Origin: the human T2T-CHM13v2.0 reference genome, Homo sapiens | Direction: 5' to 3' (one strand) | Assembly: GCF_009914755.1 (NCBI RefSeq) | Contig: NC_060935.1 | Length of the DNA: 64,000 nucleotides | Part shown: positions 54,835 through 64,000 of the stretch, in pieces | Numbering within the stretch: the stretch's first letter is position 1 | Layout of the letters: every line of letters begins with the position of its first letter | Translations under genes and position numbers: made by a program | Notes under the pieces: model-generated | Told to the model about the DNA's origin: nothing | What the model saw: the letters and a program-made list of their open reading frames with translations, nothing else | Databases searched by the model: none

Positions 54835-57060
54835 GTAATAATGAACATTTATAGAGCACTTACCAGGTGCCGGGTACCGTTCCAACTGTTTTACATATAT
54901 TATCTTATTTAATCCTCTTTCTAAACCCACAAGGCACATGTTACTATTATCCCCATTTTAAGAGGAGGCAATTGAGGCAAGAGATGCAGTCACCATCATG
55001 CAGCTGGTCCATGGCCCAGGCAGGAATCAAATACAGTGCAAGACTCGCGCTCCAGTGACCACACCCAAAGCAGCTCTGGAGCTAATATCTTCTTCCATCT
55101 TTCTCTGGGCCAGGTCTTGTTTCTCATTTTCTTCTAGCTACATCTTATTTAACCCACAGTGCAACTCTGAGGAGTCACTATTATTATCTTATTTTCCAGG
55201 TGAGGAAATTACAGCTTAGAGATTATGTAAATTCTTCAGTGTCTCACCGTAGGTGGAAGACCCAAGACACCCAAGACCTAAAGCCCCGAGTGTCTTCTTT
55301 GCTGTTTAATTCTCACAAGACCCCTATGAAGTAGTTGTTATTATCCCCATTTGACAGAGGAAGAAATCAAGGACTAAGAACCCTATAGCCAATAAATTAC
55401 ATAGCTGGGATTTGAACCAAGTGGCTCTAACTCCTGAAGCCCACCCTCCTTCCTCGGTACCACTTCTTTCCCAAATTCTGAGGCCATCAGAAGGAGAGTG
55501 CCAGGTTATTGACTCCAAAATGATTTGACTTGTCTTGCGTGATGGTTTCCACAAAATATTTGTTTTGTCCCCGAATCATCAGGCAGTTCTCCAATCACTG
55601 GTATTCACCTTTTTTTCATGTCCCATTTTTTGTTCTAGTGACCCCACACTTCCAAATGGTCAGGCCAAGCTGGCCTGGTCTGGAAAAATTCCTGATTAGA
55701 TTTGAGCATTGGCAGGCACAGTGACCCACAGGAAATATCATAGCACGTTAAGGAATGTGTGTTTATAAATTCCTTCTTCTGTCCGTGAGGGAGAATAGTT
55801 CCAGCTTCCCAATTTGCAAAAAGGAAGGAGAGGGTGAAAGGAATGTGCCTGCAAAACAAAGATGCCTCCCTAATTCCTGCATGGAGCTGAATGGGTTCCG
55901 TAATCTCTGAGCCTCAATTTCCTTATCTCTAGGAGAGATAATATTGCCTGTGTCCCTGTGGTGACGAGACTCAAATGAGATAATGGAGAGAAAGCACTTT
56001 GTAAATTGTAAAGTGCTGTGTATACAAACGTTTTGAAAGGCAAGAAATTATTATTATCAAGTGGAAAGGCCACGATCCTACAAGAGAGGCACACTGAGAG
56101 AGGCATTTGATGGTGGAGGGAGGACCATAATACCACAGTGGTATGAGGAATTGACATTTCCTGAATGGCTACTATATGCCCAACACATTTGCATACATGA
56201 TCTTATTCAGTTTTCACAACAACTCTGAAGTGTAGGTATTATTGTCATCCTAAATTTTGCAGATAAAGTTCAAACTACTTGTTCAAAATATCAAGGCAGA
56301 AAATAATCAGTGTGGGACATCAGACGACATGGCTTTATAGAAAATAAGAAACCCCATTTTTGTGTACTTTCCTGGGACTGTGAGACTTGTGTACAGTGGT
56401 AGGAGACTAAAATGTGAGGTTGCATTTGTTTTGCTTTTTTGATGCAGACTTCTTAGAAAAAGAGGGCTGAATCATTATTTTGAAAGAGAAGGGAGGGAAA
56501 GAAGCTGAAAGATGGAGCAACACCTGGGGAGAGGAATTAAGGATGCATTCACCACATTTGGCGGTGATGTTGAATTAAGTGGCATTGTTATTGCCCTAGA
56601 AGATTTGGAATAAATTTTCACATGACCCCGATCATTTAGAAAAATAGTTTAATAAATCAGAATTTTCTAACTTGGAGACAAAAATCCAAAATTGTAAACA
56701 CAGGATAGAGGATGATTTACTAAACACAAATATGGGAGCAAAAAAGACCCTTGGAGTTACTATTTTTTCACTGGCTGGACGTAGAATAGCAGTAGAAAAG
56801 CCAATGGGATATCAGACATTATTAGAAGAGATTATTTTTACAACTTGCATGCATTTGGTTTACTGTGGTTTATAAAGCATGTTTACATCATTATCTCCTT
56901 TAGCCCCTTTCAAATCTTGTGAGTTAGAGATGAACATTATCCCCATTTTACACGTAAAGAGACTGAGGCTCAGAGAAATCATGGAATTTGCCCAACGGCA
57001 CCCAATTAACAGAGAGCGGGCTCGGACTCAAATCCAGGCTGCCTGACAATGAACCCACAG
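54835..57060. mobile_element. Cluster of MIR fragments (about 54835, 55140, 55305, 55900, 56130, 56860) with interspersed sequence
   Basis: Repeated MIR cores: attatccccatttt...gaggaaa/actgaggctcagaga, ctcaatttccttatct, ggatttgaacc. Confidence 0.7.
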
Positions 57061-57575
57061 TGTTCCTGCCCTGCCAGGCAGCCCTCTAACATTGATAGTG
57101 TTGCCTACCTTTCTAATATTGAACAGGTCCTACATATTCATTGCCTCAGAATACCATTATGATTTACTCTACCTCCTTAAATCTTTCAACCAATTCCATT
57201 AGCCCATAAAAAAGTAATCCTTCAGCTGCACTTTATTAGACCAAAGGATAAGTCCACTTTTGGTCACTGTGCACCAGACCTGGTTTAAACATGCTGTGCG
57301 TGTATTTTATTTGAGCAAAGCTCTTCTGAGTATATTTTACTTTTGTTTTACTTACCTGTATTTTCTGATTTTATAAAGTAAGTATAAATTGGTTATATAT
57401 TTAAAATAAATGAATAGGTAAGTGCACTTTTCTCTGTGTATGTGTGAATATATGTATGTGTGTGAGAAAGAAGGAAAAAAGGAAAGAAAGGAGGGAGGAA
57501 AGAAGGAACGGGGAAGGGAAAGAGAAGAAAGGTTTAAGGAATGACGATCGTTTTTGTCTAGAAAAGAGAAAGTTT

Positions 57576-57874
57576 GGCCGGGCGCGGTGGCTCACGCCTG
57601 TAATCCCAGCACTTTGGGAGGCCAAGGTGGGCGGATCATGAGGTCAGGAGATCGAGACTATCCTGGGAAACACAGTGAAACCCTGTCTCTACTAAAAATA
57701 CATAAAAAAAAAAATTAGCCCGGCGTGGTGGCGGGCGTGGTCCCAGCTGCTTGGGAGGCTGAGGCAGGAGAATGGCGTGAACCAGGAGGTGGAGCTTGCA
57801 GTGAGTCGAGATCGCGCCACTGCACTCCAGCCTGGGCGACAGAGCAAGACTCGTCTCAAAAAAAAAAAAAAAAA
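57576..57874 (+). mobile_element. AluY with TSD
   Basis: ggccgggcgcggtggctcacgcc, gatcatgaggtcaggagatcgagac, gaatggcgtgaacc; TSD aagagaaagtt. Confidence 0.95.
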
Positions 57875-59504
57875 GAGAGAAGAGAAAGTTAATTGAACAA
57901 CTTGTTCAAGTCAGATGCCTGGTCCAATATGTGGCATATAGTAAGACTCAATACTTGTTGAATGAATAAAATTAAATTAAAAAGAAGTTGTGTTGATAGA
58001 GGTCCTAGAAGTTCCTCGATGTTCTTGGTGCCTACAGAAGGCACTTTACATTAAGGCGGGAGAGATTTTGATTGAATATAAGGAAAAGCTTCTAATCAGC
58101 AGACTGAGAGAATATGGAGAAGGTCCGAGGCAACAAGGTCATCGCCCAGTGACCGGGAGAGGCTGGAGGAGAAGATGCAGCCTGTGTCCTGATGAGTTTG
58201 GACTGTGCAGCCACCTAGAGGCTGGTCCAGGTCACCGTGTGGGGTTCATTCTAACACCATCAGGCGTGAATTGAGGGCAGAAGTCCTGGTAATGTTCAGA
58301 GAGTCAGAAAACGTAAGGGACCTGACAGTCCAGCCCTCTCCGTGTGCACATGGAGAAGCAGGCACCTGTGTTGGTGAGGTGTTTGGACCCCGGGGGGCTG
58401 TGCCAGGAGTGAGAGATGGGAGATCAGAGCAGCTGAGAAAAGGCACATTACCAGGAAGGGTTCTGGAAATCCTAAACTTTGATGTCTCAAAAGCTACTTG
58501 GCTTCCTAGAACCCCGTACTTGCTGTCACTGAGCCACTTTCTCCCAAACCACGCACCCTTTATACTACCACTTCCTCTACCTACATAATCCTGAGAGTCC
58601 ATATTGAAAGACAAGGCACACGGGTGGGGGGTGGGGCAACCTGGCTTCATATCGCTCACCAGTTGTGTGACTCTAAGCAAGGAAACGTAATATTTTTGGA
58701 TTTTATTTTCTTCAAATGCAAAATATGAGCAATAATGGTACCTACTTAATGAGATGGTTGTGTGGAATAAATAAGGCCTGGAATGGGCTTAACACAGTGC
58801 CTGAGACACAGTCTGAATAAGAAACGTTTGGGTATTATTAACAATCCAGCAACGCATATGTGTTAAGTACCTTATCCTGTGCTCATTACACTGAGAGACA
58901 TAGACCAAGATGTTCGTGGCCAAAGTCAAGTAGAACATTAGGCAAGAACAAATCTTTATTAAGTACTTAACTCCACTTTGGGGTCCAAATGATCCATTCT
59001 AAAGTCACAATTTTCCTCTTTGCTTAGGATGGCTCAGTCTCCCTCAGTCTCAGCCCCACAGAGGTGGTACTTCTTAGGAGGAGACCTTGTGACTGAGCCC
59101 TGCATGACGACACACAATCGCTGCTTTCTGTCTTTGAGTGACACTTGGTCTAATTTAGTACTCCAAAAACCCTTAATTAGTTGAGCACAATCCCTGCTCA
59201 TCAGACAAGCCACAAGCCCAGCCCAGGGAATGTGGGCTCCCCACTTGAAATGCCAATGAGGCTCAGAGAAGGGTGTAATGCTGGCTTCAAGCCACACTTC
59301 TCTACACACACCTCACAGTCACAATTCTCTGGGAGAGATTTCCTTCCTTGTTTCCATCCCTTTTTATATTGTCCAAACTCTCCTCTAGGCATCCAGGAGC
59401 TAGCCAAAAGCTAGGAGGGTGGGACTAAAAAGAGATCCCATATATTGCTTGCGTCAACATAAATGGATCTGGAAAAGCAATAAGCATCACCCGCTCCTAG
59501 CGGT

Positions 59505-61160
<1,656 letters not shown>

Positions 61161-61169
61161 TGAACAACC

Positions 61170-61430
61170 CCCTGTTGAAAAGCAATTTGGCAATATTTAT
61201 CATAATCCACAAGAACGTTCATAGCTTTTTTTCCTGTCACTTCTGGGAATTCATCCTAAAGAATAATGCAGAAACTTTTAAAAAAAAAAAAAAAAAGCTA
61301 TAAGCTTAGAAAATATTCACTGTAACATTTTTTATAAAATTGAAAAATTGGAAGTAATCTAAATACCTAACAATAGGAGACTGGTTAAGTATGGCACACA
61401 CATGAAATAATATGCAACATTTAAAAATAT
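61170..61430 (+). mobile_element. L1ME-like fragment, sense
   Basis: gaaaagcaatttggcaatatttat...cacttctgggaattcatcctaaagaataa...aaattggaagtaatctaaatacctaacaataggagactggttaa. Confidence 0.65.
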
Positions 61431-62572
61431 GTTTACTCAATAACTTTCACCCATTCAGCAAATGTTTACTCCATATCCATATGTGTTCGTGCTGAAGATA
61501 ACATGGTGAGCAAATTAGACATCATCCCTGCCTTCTCAAAGCTCATAGTCTAGAAGAGAGGATAGAGAAAACAATTCTGGCACTTAGAAAAATAGATTTG
61601 CTAAACTAGAGGGAAAAAACAGAAAACAAAATTGCATGCACAAGGTTATTGAAACTATGTTAAAATATATGGGTGTAGGAAAAAATCATTCTTTAAGGCG
61701 ATTGGATCGAAGACAGGTTTTTTTCACCCTGCTTTCCATACCTTCCATAGTATTTTCTTTTTATGATAATAACAGCAGTAAAGAGCAAAGCTTCAATTGC
61801 AAAATAGCTTCTTGCCACGAAAAGGTTAGGAATGTCCATTTGAAGAGGCAGCAGGCTCCCGTACAGCAATCCAAAGGGCATGGAAAAGGCCACAGCAGAC
61901 AGTGAGGTAGCTGGTGCCCAGCTAAGTCATGCTGGATTATTCAGTCCATCAGCAAGTATCCACAGAGCGTCCACAAGGTAACCGGTATCCCATGAGGCAC
62001 TCAGAATGCTTGTTTAAGAATAGACAGTCCCTGAGCTCTAGAGGCACTTATAAGAAATTCTGATCTCCATCTTCCTCAGGCTTGCCTGGTCCTTCACACC
62101 TCACAATGTGCTACCATGTATACGCCCTCATACAATACTCACAACAAACCTGTAAAGTTGTCAGGGAGAATCTAATTATCCCCATTTGTTAGCCACTAAG
62201 GCACAGAGAGCTTGAGCAACTTGCCCAAGCTCACACAGATAGTAAATGACAGGCCGGGGGCTTGGACCTGGCCTCCCATCGCTAAGGCCAATGCTGTTCT
62301 CAGAATACCACAACTGCCTCAAGAACAGCTGTGATAACAGAGGGCTCAGAGCAAAGGAATAATTAGCAGAGAGCCATCATTAGAACTGAAGTCATGGGGA
62401 TGAGAAGGCACCGCCTACCACTTCTGGGCCTTTTGGCCAAGATCAAGTGTAGGAAGCATGAGCTACGGCAGGGGGTGGGCTCCCCTCCCCTGGGGTGGTG
62501 GGGGCTGGGGGTCCAGGCAGTGAGGGAAATGGGATGCAAACACCTGGGCTCACCTCTCCTCCCTCTCCACAG

Positions 62573-62761
62573 ATGGTGAAGGCAATCCAGGTCCTGAGAA
62601 TCCACCTGCTGGAGCTGGAGAAAGTCAATGAACTCTGCAAGGACTTTTGTAACCGTTACATCACCTGCCTCAAAACCAAGATGCACAGCGACAACCTGCT
62701 CAGGAATGATCTAGGGGGGCCCTACTCCCCCAACCAGCCCTCCATCAACCTTCACTCACAG
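62573..62761 (+). CDS. PKNOX2: PKNOX2 coding exon 4 ([63 protein letters not shown]), 189 nt, phase 0 to 0; MEINOX HR2
   Basis: Acceptor ctctcctccctctccacAG, donor CAG|GTAACA; contained in ORF 62495..62983; [15 protein letters not shown] is the HR2 signature. Confidence 0.98.
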
Positions 62762-64000
62762 GTAACACCCAGAGCTGGGTCCCATCTCTTAAGCCAGGCT
62801 CCTAAGCCCAGCTCTGGAGCCACGCGTGGAGGAAGGTCCCCTGGTGACCTTCACTGGGTTAGACCCACTGGGTTCCTTTGCCATGAGGGCCCTCCTCTGA
62901 TGCACTCTTCTTCATATCCATTAGGCCATCCCATCCCTTTTTTACACACAGTCTGCCCTGCCAGGGCATTAGTATTCCCTTGAAAATGACCAGATCGGAG
63001 AGGGACAATGTCCAAAATCATTCCTGGCTTCCTGGCCCAAGGTATCCCCCAGAATGAGCACCAGAGCTAAGGAGAAGGAAAGCTCTCCTGGAGGATGAGC
63101 TGGGACAGGCTTCTTAAGAGGCTGCGGCTTGCTGAGCCATCTGCATTTCTGGGAAAGGGCATTTGGGGAAAGCAGTCATTCCCTGAATCCTGCCCACCTA
63201 ATGGGTGAAGCCAGCTTCCCATGGGCCTGCTGCTCCCTAATCATTCTCCAGGCACTCACGCTACTCTGGCATCTCTGTCCCCCTAAGGTTCAGGGCCATG
63301 GTCAAGGTCACCTCAAACCACCCTGTTCCCAGGTTCCCCTGCCACCTCCTTCCTGAGACCTGGGAAATGCAGAAATGCTGACTACACGCTTTGGGCAAGA
63401 TGGGGTTTCCCCTCCAGGGCAGGATATTTTCCCCAAACCTACAAACCGAGAAAGCTGCCTGGCAATACCTTCCCGCCCAACTCACAGACATCTGCATAAG
63501 CCACAGGCTTGAGACTTTGTTCCCCTTCCACTGAGCTCCTGAGTCCTGGAAGACACCTGGAGGGTCCCCAAGGAGTCCTCTGTAGCCTCTTCTCATTAAA
63601 CAATCAGGCATGGGGATGCAGGTAAACTTTCTAGGAGTGAGTGCCGAGAGGTGCTGGAAGTAGTGCCAAAGAAAGGCTGTGCCGTTTTTGTCCCTAGACC
63701 CCTAAGGAACCACCCATGTACTCTATCTCCCCAGATTGGTGGAGTCAGGGGAGGGGACAGGCTGACTTCTAGAAGGCCAGCCTTGCTTTGCACATTTTGA
63801 CAACAAGCACAAAAGATACACTCGGTATCACATCCAACCCACCCCAGTGGGCTCTTTGTGAGACTCCGTAGTGAGTACTGCCCAGGACATAGGGCAAGAA
63901 GTTTACTTCCTCTTCCTCTCGCTTGAAATCACCAAGTCACTTTATTACAGATCTAAAAACACCCGCCCGGGCTTCTGCCTGCTAATATTCTCTTGAAATA

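Overview
Primate (human or great-ape) genomic DNA, almost entirely intronic, on the + strand of PKNOX2 (PREP2), a TALE/MEINOX homeobox transcription factor. Four coding exons can be spliced by hand at canonical AG/GT sites: 15983-16091 (ATG at 16005), 32546-32685, 50248-50419 and 62573-62761. Together they give 588 nt of uninterrupted CDS (aa 1-196, MMQHASPAP...INLHSQ), including the PBX-binding HR1/HR2 region. The promoter, upstream non-coding exons and homeodomain exons lie outside the window. The introns hold about 12 Alu elements or fragments, L1/L2/L3/MIR relics, hAT DNA-transposon fossils (MER3, MER5, MER30, MER63-like), microsatellites, two local duplications, and several repeat-free blocks dense in homeodomain motifs that resemble conserved enhancers. 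Nearly all entries in the six-frame ORF track are chance or repeat-derived ORFs. I see no evidence of a wholly new biological system. The best leads are: (1) an open read-through frame after the last exon that would give a homeodomain-less PREP2; (2) a start-stop codon and a short ORF around two Met-Met pairs in the first coding exon; (3) a 5'-inverted (twin-primed) AluSp with perfect target-site duplications (TSDs) that folds back on itself; (4) exon phases that would make back-spliced circles stop-free; (5) a ~250-bp local duplication that I do not recognise as a transposon. Repeat family names come from recalled consensus sequences, and repeat boundaries are approximate.
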